Of a stretch of DNA of 64,000 nucleotides, positions 50,501 to 62,002 are shown piece by piece. Made by a program: the position numbers and the translations under genes. The stretch is from Moniliella sp. 'wahieum'. Its lineage: Eukaryota. Position 1 is the stretch's first letter, and each line of letters opens with the position of its first letter. The stretch spans positions 1,116,001-1,180,000 of the forward strand of contig RSEE01000004.1 of the NCBI GenBank assembly GCA_003971905.1, read 5' to 3'. The notes under the pieces were generated by a model, which saw only the letters and a program-made list of their open reading frames with translations, was not told where the DNA came from and did not search any database.

Positions 50501-50735
50501 CTATGGCACTGCATGAGTCTGACATCTCCGTCCATCTTTCTGTTTTCACCATCAGTCTGCGACTGCATCTGCACACAAGACTGAAGCATAAAGCTTGAAC
50601 AACTTGAACAGCATTTATTGACCCCAGCTCGACAATACAACATATGATATGCTAGCTGATAACATGTTGTAACACTTCAAGGGATCTTCAAGCTTCATAC
50701 TGAAGCTTTATATCAAACACGTTCACAACTTTTGA

Positions 50736-51584
50736 CCTATAATAGCAGGTGCAGCCCACGGACGTTATGTCTACAGGACGCTATGTCTACAGGACACTCT
50801 GTCAACAGGACACTCCGTCAACAGGACGCTATATGTCAACAGGACGCTAGGGAACGGTGGTTGCCGTGGCTCCGGTGAACGATCACACAGTTGGACAATG
50901 GAATGGTCGGCAGCAGAACGGTTGTTAAGGTATCAACGCTGTCCCATAGAACGGTGGCCAAAAAAAGGTGACAACGACGGAATGGTGGCGATGGTTGGGA
51001 CGACGGAACGGTGGCGAAAGTGGCGACGACGGACGGTTGCTACGGTGGCCCATCCTACCCAAGGAGAGAATGCCAGGGTGGCTCGATGACGAAGCAACAG
51101 CCAAGAGCAGGCGCCTCACTTCCATCGGCAACCCAGCCCTCGCTCTCCATCTTCTGATATGTCAAGTACGGAATGCACTCTGAGCCTGGGCAGCCTTTCG
51201 CCCACCCGATTCTCTGCGTGACACGCCAGCCACGCCTTTCTGTTCTGACTCCCTTGTTTTCCTGCTGACAACGGAACGGCATGCTACGCCGCACTGAAGA
51301 TGATGGAATGTTAACCTATGTCGCATGTTGGAGTCTCTGTTAACAATGGAATGGTGGACAGTGGGGATGGTGGGGAAAGAGGCCTATGGGAATGGTGGAC
51401 CAACAGGGGGTAAGGGGCATATGCATATGAAAGGGTGTGGACTATAGGGGTTAAAGATGGCCGCGTGTGTTCGTAACCAATTAACACGGAGGAAAGCTGG
51501 GGCGAAGCCCCAGCCCTTCAATACAGACGCACGGTAAAAGCATCAGGAGTACGCATACGGGCCATAGGCCCGGTGGTCCCCTAG
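50736..51584 (+). mobile_element. Non-autonomous Helitron-like element (5' end uncertain)
   Basis: 3' hairpin CGGGCC-ATA-GGCCCG (51558-51572), 8 nt, then CTAG followed by T; second hairpin gctggggc-gaa-gccccagc (51496-51514); internal 16-bp tandem array and repeated GGAAYGGTGG. Confidence 0.65.
50761..50848. repeat. 16-bp minisatellite, ~5 copies
   Basis: gacgttatgtctacag / gacgctatgtctacag / gacactctgtcaacag / gacactccgtcaacag / gacgctatatgtcaacag. Confidence 0.9.
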
Positions 51585-53794
51585 TGGCGAGATATCTCAC
51601 ATTGGTTGAGCGCTCTCTCAGACTCACAGATCTCAGATCTCAAAAACAGATCTCATTAATCATTTCCAATTCCTGTTGCTCGTCCGCCTCACTCTCTTCC
51701 TTGGTTACCCTCTCGCCTTCGCTATGTGTCTTCTTTCTGCTCCTGCTTCTCTCCCGCGTTTATTGTGCTACACCGGGGCCTTGTCGTTACTGTTGTTCTT
51801 TTCTTAATCGCCCCCGACGGATCAGTTTTGTTGCGTGACGCGTGATGAGAGCGGGAGATGTCCTGTCACATGCATGCCAATGTCACATGTCCCATGTCTC
51901 TGCATGCCACATGGTACTCGACTACAAAGTCTCTCACTTGGGACATCCTTCTGTTACATGCATGCATCATCGACATCGATATCGATCCTCCTTCGCTTCT
52001 TGCACTTCATGCAATGCACATGGTGCCATTGGCGCCTCGGTCTCAGATCTCAGCGTCAACATCACCGGCATCACCAACCTCTTGGCATGAGCATGAGGGC
52101 TGGCACCGAGAGCACACCATATATAGCCAGGAAAACACAGATATGTTCAATGGTGGGCACCCACTCACTATACTACACGTACTACACGTACCACCCTGTC
52201 ACTATATCATTAGGCTTTGAGGGAAAAAACATGATTCACCACGGAACATCAATCAAGGGCACCACCACTTTGGTCATCGGATCATCTCATTTAGTCTTTA
52301 AAAACTCCACACTCTCTTGCGGCCGCGGTTGTCCACACTTTGATCTACATCGATGATCACGTTCATCACGCGTATCGCCGATACCGTGTAGGCCAGACCG
52401 TAGGTCTCGGGCTCAGATCTCATGCGCTCATGCCCCCCTCAGGACCAAGCAATACAAGTCAAGATTCAATAGCGGCTGCGTCAGACCTTCCTATTACCTC
52501 CATCTCCAAGGCTGGTATTGTGGAGCTAACAGGTAATTGCTAGAATGGCCCTTTGAATATTTTAAACTTTGAAAACAGACCGAGCAGCGTTGATTTCATG
52601 TTTCTCCCCGGTATTTTAATCGGGGCGAAAAAGCAATCTTGCGCCTGGAACAGGATCGCTGGGAGCCGATGGCCCGACACAGGCGCTGTGCAGATCCCGC
52701 CGAAGAAACTAGCCCGCCTTGGCCGCGCGTACCGAAGCAGTGCCCCCGTGCGGCTGTATGTGGGATGGGCGAGCGCGAACACCTGGATTCTTGGCTGTGT
52801 CGCTAGTCCAGTGCGGTGCGCGGGGAAAGGGAGCAGCCACTTTGGCGCCAACTGCATGCCGATCCAAATGTGCCGGCGCAAAGCGTGCCAATGGCCTTGG
52901 GCTCAGGGGGAGACTCAACTCAGACTGAGTCACTGCGTGCGAAGTGGGACATGCCCACCCTTGTGGGTTTGCAAGGACTGGCCGATATTACTTGCTTCAG
53001 GCCTAGCTTCTCTGGCGTTTTCAGCATGTCTTTCACCACCCAAAGTTGCAACGTGGATGGCACTCAAGCTCAAGAGTGCGCTAGTGCTTACGTTGGGTTG
53101 GTCTGCGTAGGCGCGAGAGGAATGGTTTGGATATTGTTCAATGCTGAAATGTTCAACTTTCACGTTCGTTCAGCGCTGGTGTTCATCACGCGTCACGTTC
53201 ATCGATCATCGATCATCGCCGACGGAGAGCACTGTGATTATTCGCGCAGACATTTGCGTGCTTACATGCATTACACAACGTTGCAACCCGAAAAGCAGGG
53301 CAAGAAACGGGCGGCAGAAGGTTGCAGAAGGCCAGCGCAGAACGTCGAAGGTGTCTGCGCGAGTGCGGGTGCAACGTACAGGAGGCGATCGTGCTTCGCA
53401 GGCGCGCGCGGGGGCTGGCCGTTACAAATCAATCGCCGGTTCCCAGGACGGAAGGGCAGAAAGTTGGATGGGCCCTGGAGGGGCTGCTGATGCGCTGGGG
53501 CGAGAGCTGCGCGGTGCTGGGGTGATATAAAACAAGCGGAGTCGGAAGCCCGACGTGGTTTCCAAAAGGAGCGTATACTGCGCTAGTGCTGCAGTTGCGG
53601 TTGAACAGCACGGCGCTTGCCCACGCGCGCACGGCCGGTACGGGTGGTGAGGCCTGAGGCTGGGGGCCTGTCCCGGTTGGTTTGGGGGCTTCCCAGGGTG
53701 CTTAGCTGCCGTGAGGCACTGGAGCGCTGCCGCGCCCAGGCACTCAGGCGTCACGCGTCAAGCCTCAGACTGCCGATACGCGTTAGAACTGGCG

Positions 53795-53829
53795 TCACAT
53801 GTCACATGTCACACGTCACGCGTCAGGCC
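53795..53829. repeat. TCA-phased heptamer palindrome array upstream of the GT32 gene
   Basis: TCA CATG TCA CATG TCA CACG TCA CGCG TCA GGCC. Confidence 0.88.
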
Positions 53830-54145
53830 GAGGCGGCCGCCCGTGTCCTGGGCCAGTGCCGGGGCCAGAGTGCCGCTGCCTGCGCAGGCACGCCGGCCCA
53901 CAGCGGCCAGATGCGGCTTGCCGCGCGGGGCAGCGCCAGCGCAGGGTCGTAGGCTTTAGGTACAGGCGCAGAAAGTGGCGGCACACAGATCCACCGTCCT
54001 GCATTTTTGCATCTGGCCCGCACGTCGCCTTTTGCCGGTTGGCGGCAGCCCGTAGCCTCGCGCCTCAGCCGCAGGCCGCAGGTCAGGATTCAATCACCTC
54101 GCCTCTTGCCCTCTCCCGTCCATCGTCTTTCTCGGCCACACCACC

Positions 54146-56082
54146 ATGCCGCCATCCTCGTCGCCAGCGCCGGACTATGTCCCGCTGCAGCGCGCCTCCC
54201 GCTCTACCGCCTCCAGCCACGCATCCTCCCCTTCCTCCTACACCATCCTCTCTACCGGCGTGTCCCATGGAACTGCCTACGCCCCCTCGGAGCTTGCCGG
54301 CGCCGCTGCCGCTGCCAAGGCCGACGACACTGTCGGTGAGGACAACTACGATGAGGAGGACTACGAGTTCGACGGTGACAACAGTTCATGGCCAAACATG
54401 CCATCGACTCAGCCGGCCAATCATCCTGGTGGCCATTCGCCTTGCTCCAGCGTCGTGGCCGTGGTGGACGTGATATTCCCCTGCCGCAGACTGTACCCCT
54501 CCTCGGGGTCTCACGAGACCACAGCGAGAAGCCTATCTCGTCCGTTCGCCTTGCCTGGGGTCGCGTAGGCAACCGCCTGCCTCGCGGAGTCCGCCAGGGC
54601 GTAGCCTTTCTCTTCAACCCCCGCCACGCCCGCCACCTGTTCATGGCCGTTGGAGTGCTGCTAATGCTTACCCTCGTGGGATTCGGCATCAATACCCAGC
54701 TCGTCCGCCCGCCTCCCTACCAGCTGGTGCCAAGAGAGGACTATGCTTCCGTCCTCTCCAAGTTGTGAAAGAGCAGAACTTAACTGCCCTGATCCCTCTT
54801 GCTGATTCAGAGACAGGCACGGGCACTATGACGGACACCATTCCGAGCAGATTGGTCTGCTCCAATCCCGCTTGGAGGCCCGGAGTCTTTTGGCTCGATG
54901 CGCTGGCAGCCAACACACGACTCTGGTCCCCCGTCCTCTCCCCTCGACAGGCCCCCTTCGCACATCCCTTCTACGATGTACAGCTCCGACGCGCCCCGCT
55001 TCCTGCCAACGAGTCAGCTGCCTGGCGCGCAAGTTGGGAGAAGTTTGGCTTCTCTCCCGTCACTTTCCTCACTGACATGGAAGCGGATAAGTTTGTCGAC
55101 GAAGACTATGGCCCAGACCGATTGGGCGGTTCCCAGCCCAAGTCCTTGCTAGACAGGACGCGAACGGCGGTGCAAAAGGCATGGTACGCTCTCCCACGGG
55201 GTGTCATGCGGGCCGACTTTATGCGTTACCTCCTCCTGCTCTCCCGTGGAGGGACATGGTCGGATATGGACGTGGATCCGATGGGCAACCTCACCGACTG
55301 ACCAAGCCCGATGCTCGTTGGATTCCTGTTCCCCGCATCTCAAAGCTGGCCGCTTCGAACGACCCCACTTGCGCTCCGTTCCTGACCGATCAAGGGAATA
55401 TCCGTCTTCCTCCTCTCGAGCCAGTACGGTTGGTGGTCGGACTGGAGTGCGAGCCATGGCAGTACATGCAGCATAGCGACCGCGCCTGGCTCGAATCCGC
55501 CCGCATCCTGGCAATGCCTCGGCACCGGGAGGTGCAATTTACGCAGTGGACCTTGCATGGTGCGCCGGGCCACCCAGTGTTAGGATGTGCTGCGGCGTCT
55601 GCTGGCATCGGACAAGCAGTTCGAAGACTATGTCGCGCACCACACGCCGTTCCACAAGAACGCCATCCATCCTTGGACCAACATTGATGCTGCGCGCAAA
55701 TGGATTCTCGCCGACTCGACGCCCGCGTACCCGGTTGGCCCGAGTGAGGACGACAGTGCCAGCTGGTTGCACTGGCGCATCTGGCCTTGGCGCTGGGCGT
55801 GGCCGCGCTGGGGCTGGCACCCACTTTCGGTGGAAGAATGGACCGGACCAGCGCTGTGGACCGACGCGGTTTACCTACCTCAATGCTGTGGCCGGTTTGC
55901 ACCCTCGCGATCTGTATGGGCTCAACGAGGCGGTCCAAGTAGCGGAGTGATTGTGGCTCCCAACTCGTGGTTTGCTCCTCCGCGAGACGACTTGGGCCAA
56001 GCCAAGGTCCTCCACAACTTCCGTGGCTCTTGGAAGCACGGGCCGACATTCAGGGCGCAGGAGGAAAAGGCTGGGGATGTAA
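54146..56082 (+). CDS. Glycosyltransferase family 32 (Och1/Hoc1-like alpha-1,6-mannosyltransferase), type II membrane protein
   Basis: TM segment LFMAVGVLLMLTLVGFGI; MRADFMRYLLLLSRGGTWSDMDV (DxD), LVVGLECE, QFTQWT..APGHPVL, WTGPALWTDAV, HNFRGSWK. Confidence 0.9.
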
Positions 56083-56718
56083 TCACATCAGCTGGGCCCT
56101 GGGCGCTTTTCCCCTCGTTTTCCATAGTTTCATCTCATGATTGCTGTGCTGCTGTGCGCTGTTCCCTGTCCCTCCTTCTCCTCTCGATCTCATCGATCTC
56201 AAAGCTGATGCTCTTGCCGCTCTCCTCAGTGGCAAGGGCAGGCGGCAGCCCCACCAGCCGATGTGCCCTTCCTGTAACGTTTTTGCCCACACCATTCCCT
56301 GGAAGCAATGCCTGTCCTGGGTCTGATCGCTCGTGGCGCGTGTCTGGCGCTACCCCATAGCGTTGCGTCTTGCTGGGAGGGCCTCAAGCCAGGGCAATTG
56401 CGGAGGATGATGCATGTGATGAATGATACTAGCTATGATGAAGCCTTGCAATCGAGTGGCAGCGCGTCATGGTGAAATCAAACATGGCAGGAGTCATGCT
56501 GGTCACGTGCCTTCGTCGCGACGGCGCAGAGCAGAGCGGCAGACACGGCGCAGACAACACGGCGGGCTGGCTGCCTGGCCGCTCGCTTCGCCACCACCCC
56601 TGCGCCCCCGCATTTAGTGCAGCCGCCGCGCCCCAGCCGATCCCAGCGGCCTCTGACAGCACTCTACGCGTGTCTGTGCGGCTGCTGCCCCTGCCCACCA
56701 TTCGCACGCGCGCCCGCG

Positions 56719-58673
56719 ATGCTCAAAACCCCCGCGCCGCGCGTCTGCCCGCCTCGCTGCCGCCCCCTCGCCGCCCGCGCGCCGGCCCTCGCGCCCCGAG
56801 GACGAGGAGTGTGCGGCTGGAAGACGTGCTGCCCAGGCGCACCCGCCCACCGCCTCCTCTGCTCGCCGCCCTCCTGGCCTCGCCTCTAGTCGCCCTCCGT
56901 CGGCGCGGGGCCGGCCCACGTGCCCTCACCACCCCCTCCCCCGCTCCCACCCACCTTGCGGCGTCGTCTAGGCAGCCGTCCCAGGCGAAGCGGAAACGCG
57001 CCCGCCTTTCCCCCCCGGAGGAGGCCACAGCTAGAAAGGCGCCGAAAGCCGCGCGCAGGTCTCATGTTGTCGGCGGCTTCCGTTTTCCGAAGATGAGGAG
57101 GAGCCAGAACGCGTACCGTTGACGCCGCCAAGGCATGCTCGTGCGCAAAGTCGCTTTGAGCCCTTCCCGCCGATCTCGTAGGGGAAACACCGATTGCACG
57201 CCGGAATCAGGCCGCTCGGAGGGGCGATGTGTCCCTTGGGCTTGGCCTTCCGTCGAGTGGGGCCAAGGGGCGAAGGAATCGCAGCTCCCTCAGTGGCAAG
57301 GCGTCCCGTCGTGTTTCCTCCCTGCGCAACGGTAGCATCGCCTTTCCTCACCCTAGTGTACCCGACGAGCACTGCATCGCCATTGTGCCGACACGCTGGA
57401 CCCGTCGGACGCTTTACGTATCTTTTGGCCTGGTGCGCCGAACGCGCCCGGCCACCCGAATCCCGAGCAAGTACCGAACAAGATCGCCGCCTGCAGCAGA
57501 CCATTGCCCAGACCTTGGCCGACCTAGACTCGCATGAGCTCACGCTCAGTTGGCTCTCTCGCCTGGCCGCCGCGAAGAGTTGGCTAAGCGGAGAGGAAAC
57601 CAAGGTACGAACGGACCCCGCTTAGCTGCCCATCCGCGGAATGTGGCCAATGCCCAGCGAGCCGTCGAGCTACAAGCAGCAGAGGCGCGCATTGCGGATG
57701 AGGTGCAAGGGTGGCAAGATGCCAGTCAGCGGGTGGACGCGTGCCAACGCCGGACTGGGTTGCTGGCCGAGGCGCTTGCGCGCGTTTGGCCTGGTGAGCG
57801 AGGGCCCGAGTGGGACGTGGATGCTGAATCGGAAGAGGAGGACACTACGACGGCCGAGACGTGGGCAACGCTAGAAGCCTTTGCCAACCACCGGACACGA
57901 GAGGATGAGGATTTACCAGAGATGGCGCATCCCCCTGGACGTGACCCAACTCCTCCTGTCGACCTGGGGAGGAGGATGCAGCTCTCCGCGCTGCCGCAAG
58001 CCGAGCCTAGCTTGGTCTCAGCGGGACTCGGTCCAACTTCCTCTGCCTTGGCGCGCTTTGGCCTCGGAGGCAGCGACGGAACTAGAAAGCCTCCCGCCTT
58101 GGTCACAGCAGGAAAAGAGGGATAGATGCAAAAATGGGCCGCCAAGTCCTCAAGTCCTGGCCAATCCCGAAGAGGCCTGGAACTGGTTCCTGTCTGAGCA
58201 AGGGACTGTCCGTGATCCGCGTTGGGGCGACGTGGAAAGTCAGGTATGTTGATTGAAGACTGTGCGGGTTTGGCATGGTGTGCTAACATTTCTTGCATTG
58301 ACAGATTGACTTTTTGCGCCAAGAAGCACACAAGCTCTCTTCGCTCGTCCATTGTTGTGCAGCAATATACACAAGCTTCTTCTTCGCGCGCTACAGCAGT
58401 TTGCGGAATCCTCTCGATGCCCCCGGTACCCATCGACCATTGGGAGCAGGTGCTCTTTCAATGGATGAAGCCGCTTCCTCAACCACAGCAGAAGCGACAA
58501 GCGCAACGGCGTCATTGCTGGCAGCCATCACTACCTCCCTTCCATCCCTCGGGCGGGGCAACCTCGACGGACCAAGACGAGACAGATCCTGGGGATTTGC
58601 TCCGTGCCCTGGCACGTACGGACGAACCCACCGAGCTCGCAGTCCCTCTCCACCGCCCAAGACACGCCCATAA
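56719..58673 (+). CDS. Kinetochore MIS12-complex subunit Dsn1/Mis13-like
   Basis: RRVSSLRNGSIAFPHPSVPDE, YLLAWCAERA, QTLADLDSHELTLSW, AHPRNVAN + coiled coil, C-terminal DPGDLLRALAR. Confidence 0.8.
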
Positions 58674-59351
58674 TAAGCGGGTGTGTGAGCAACTTGCCCT
58701 GCTCCTCTTCCCCACCCCTTTTATTTTTTCATGTAACTCTACCACCCATCTCTCCCTGAACGGCCTCCCTGCATTTCTCGGAGGTGTTCATGCATGTACA
58801 TGATATACTGTTGCTCTGATCTTTGAACTACCCACTCTCCTTCACCGGGTTTTGTTGAAGTCGTGGCTGCGAGATAAAAGTGATGCGTGATGTTGCAGCG
58901 ATGTCCAGGAACCGTAACCCTCCCTCGTGCAGCCGGCTTCCACGGATGTATATCTCCGCGGGTGTGGATGCCACGGGTGCATGGAAGGGGAAGCTCGCGA
59001 ACCGCAGAGCAGCGACCCTCCTTCGCCGGGATGGGGGCCTCAAGGTGCGGGTGCCCAGGTAATGTGGCTGGTGCAAGGGTGAGGGGGGTGTTGCATGTGC
59101 ACGCCTTTGGATGGGCTCGGCAACAGACGCTGCGAGGCACTGGCGGCGCATGGTGGCATGGTGGAATCGGTGCAACGGCCCTGGCCCCCGTTGCGTCGAG
59201 CCTGACTGGCTCATTTCAAATTTCCAACTTGCAGCGGACTTGAAAAAAAAAAGCACAACCCACACGGCGCCTTCGATGCGCCTCAAGACCTCAAGACGCC
59301 CCCGTAGGCCCGCTGCCTGCCTACCACCCCTTCGTCCACTTGGCCCGCGAG

Positions 59352-61805
59352 ATGGCCAAGAAGAAACAGTCGCTGGACTTTCAGCGCAACAAGGCCCGCC
59401 TTGGTCGCAAGCAGGTTGCCACCAATGCGACCGACACCTCCTCAAGGCCAAGACTGTTGCTCTCCCCACCAGAGCATCCTGGTCGAGCGCAGTGGCGCCT
59501 GCGCACAGCCCGGGGCCAAACCTTGGCCGACCTGCGTTTGGCCACAACCATCCGAATGCCGGCACGCGCAAGGATGCTTTCCAGAGCATGCTCACTTTCC
59601 TGAAAAGCCACGAACAGTTTGGTGTCGCCGCCTCTCCCGCCGTGCTCGCCACCATCCTCCCTGTGGCGGCCAACCACTTGGCCGACAGGGATGGGGGTGT
59701 GCGTCTCGCGATTCGCATGCTGCTCTCTTGGCTCCTGCCTCGTGCCTTGCAGGTAGGTAGGGCATTGGCTCCGTTGATGGAGACACTTCTCTTCTTCCTT
59801 CCTGGGGCACTTTCGTTTGACATGGCAATCAAGGCTGATTCGGTACGGACGATGGACGTGATCTTGGCCATCTGCCAGCCCCGACTCGGACTTCGTTGGC
59901 CGCTGGGTGGCAGAGGATGCGGCTTGCGCCACCTGCATCGGTGGGAGACGATGCTGGACACGCTGGGACACTCCTCGTTGGCCTGCTCAATATGCTGGGG
60001 TGACGCTTCCCACCACTACCCGAGCCCACACCTCCAAAGCAGGACCGGTCGGGGCAGCGGGGACAATTGAGGCCCCGCTGGCCACCCGGGTTGCCGTGCT
60101 GACTGCTTTGAGGAGATTGTTGGACACGGTTTATCCTGGCAGCGACCCACCCTCGTGTTTTCCGGTGCCGAAGCCGAGTTGGCCAACGTTGGCACTAGTG
60201 TGAACAACGTAGGCACCTGTCCTACTTGGTTCTTTGCTAGCGACTTTGATTGCCCTCAGATTGGGAGTCTTTCAGTCGGATGCTGGCGCCGCTCCGCCCA
60301 GGATCTCGCGCCCCAACCCTACCGATTCCGCGAAGTAATGAGAAGGAGGTACCTCCCTTGCCCGACGCAGAACTCATGGATCTCAGCTCGACACTGGGCA
60401 GTACACTTGGCGTTGACCAACTTTCGGCAATGGTTCAGGCCATTGCTAAAGGCGCACCGACGTGGACTCGGAGCAAAGGAACAAGGGGGACATCCCACAA
60501 GATTTGTTCATCCTTTTGGCGCCCACACTCACGGCACTCTATGTGGAAGTGGCTGTGGAAGCGGTGGAGACGCTGCGGTCCATCGCCCTGCTTCCTGCGG
60601 GCGCTGCAGCGGGGAAGGCGGCCCGGACGGGTCAGAAGATGGTGGGTTGGATGCACATCTCGACCCTGCTGTGCAAGCTATATTTGGAATCACCTTGTTA
60701 ACGCGCCACCTGTTCCGCTCCATGAGCTTGACGACCAATGCACAAGTTCAGGGGGAGGTGCAGACTGCTCTGATCAGTCTGCTTTCTCACATGGGGAAGC
60801 ACTTCCCGCTTTCTATTCCCGCCTTACCTTCCCATGTACCCGGATCCCAGGATGGGGGCAGGCCTATCGGAGGAACGAGGCGGCTTTGCGAGCGATCAAC
60901 TTGGCCTATGCGGAGCTCTGTGCCCGGGCGGCGCATGCACAGCGTAAGACTGATGATGATTGGGCCCAAGTTAACGCCAAGGAGGCCTAACACCCGTCGG
61001 CGCCCTATGGCTGACACCCCTGCCGGTACCTCTGAACCAAACGACGCAAGGTTGCTTTGGAGGGACGAGGCTACGATTCGGCGCTTCGGAACCGTCCATG
61101 CTCACTGTCCAGCTGCGGCATGTGAGCAGTTATTTGCTCGACGTTCTGCGCCAAGGAGAGAATGACGGAGCTTTGACACTGGAGAAGAACACGGACGATG
61201 CCAAGGTTGACTTGGACGCGGTAGAGAGCATCTTGCCCACCGTGTGGCTTCTTCTTAACCTACCTCACACGGACGATGGCAAGAAGACGGAGGAGCTGCT
61301 GCCGTCGCAGCTGCTAGATGCGTTGGTGGACCGATTCCGTGCGCTCCCAGCCGCTGCACCAAGCAAGGCCCCTCTTTTTGCCTTTTTCGCGCGCGTGGCT
61401 ATGGTGGAACGGTTCCCTTCGTACAAGGGTGCGTTCCGTACAACGCAAGTGGTCACCGATACGGGAGACAGTCCTCTGGGCCGCTTCCTGAGAGAAGTAC
61501 CGCGCTACCTATGGGAATTGACCATCAGTTCCGGCGGGGCAGAAGCTCGCAAAGCGCGGTCTCAACCTGTACGAGACTTTTTGCGGATGGTCATCCTCGA
61601 TCAAGGACATGATGCTTTCTTCGGTGACGATCTCCTCGCACTCCAAGATATGCTTGTCCCTTTCTTCACCACGCACAACGGCAAGAGCATGGCGCAACGG
61701 ATCGAATTGGAACCCGTTGTGGCTGCATTTGGGCCCGGCGCGTTGACTCCACGTTTGTCGGCAGCGGTGGACGCTACTGCTGCTGCCTCCACCCAATCCT
61801 CATGA
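59352..61805 (+). CDS. IPI1: Rix1-complex pre-rRNA processing protein Ipi1/TEX10
   Basis: MAKKKQSLDFQRNKARLGRKQVATNATDTS-KAKTVALP, HPNAGTRKDAF, LADRDGGVR, AIKADSVRTMDVIL. Confidence 0.9.
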
Positions 61806-62002
61806 TGCATGTAATTCTATCCTTGCACATCTACTAGTCACCACAACCCGCAATACCGCTATCAGAATAGACTCAACATGGGAGGCGGCAACGTCGGAAC
61901 AGCAACACATGATAATACAGCATTCGAGCGGAGAGAACAGGAGCGAAAACAAAGATTAGGCGCTGGAGCGGAAAACGTAGTAGCATGAGGGCGAAACAAT
62001 CC

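Noticed and set aside
47600..50650. Short ORFs in an AT-richer, strand-skewed interval
   Set aside because: No recognisable protein motifs; probably decayed TE sequence, not assignable by eye.
50761..50848. CRISPR-like array
   Set aside because: Units are contiguous 16-mers with no unique spacers, the context is eukaryotic and there are no cas genes; it is a minisatellite.
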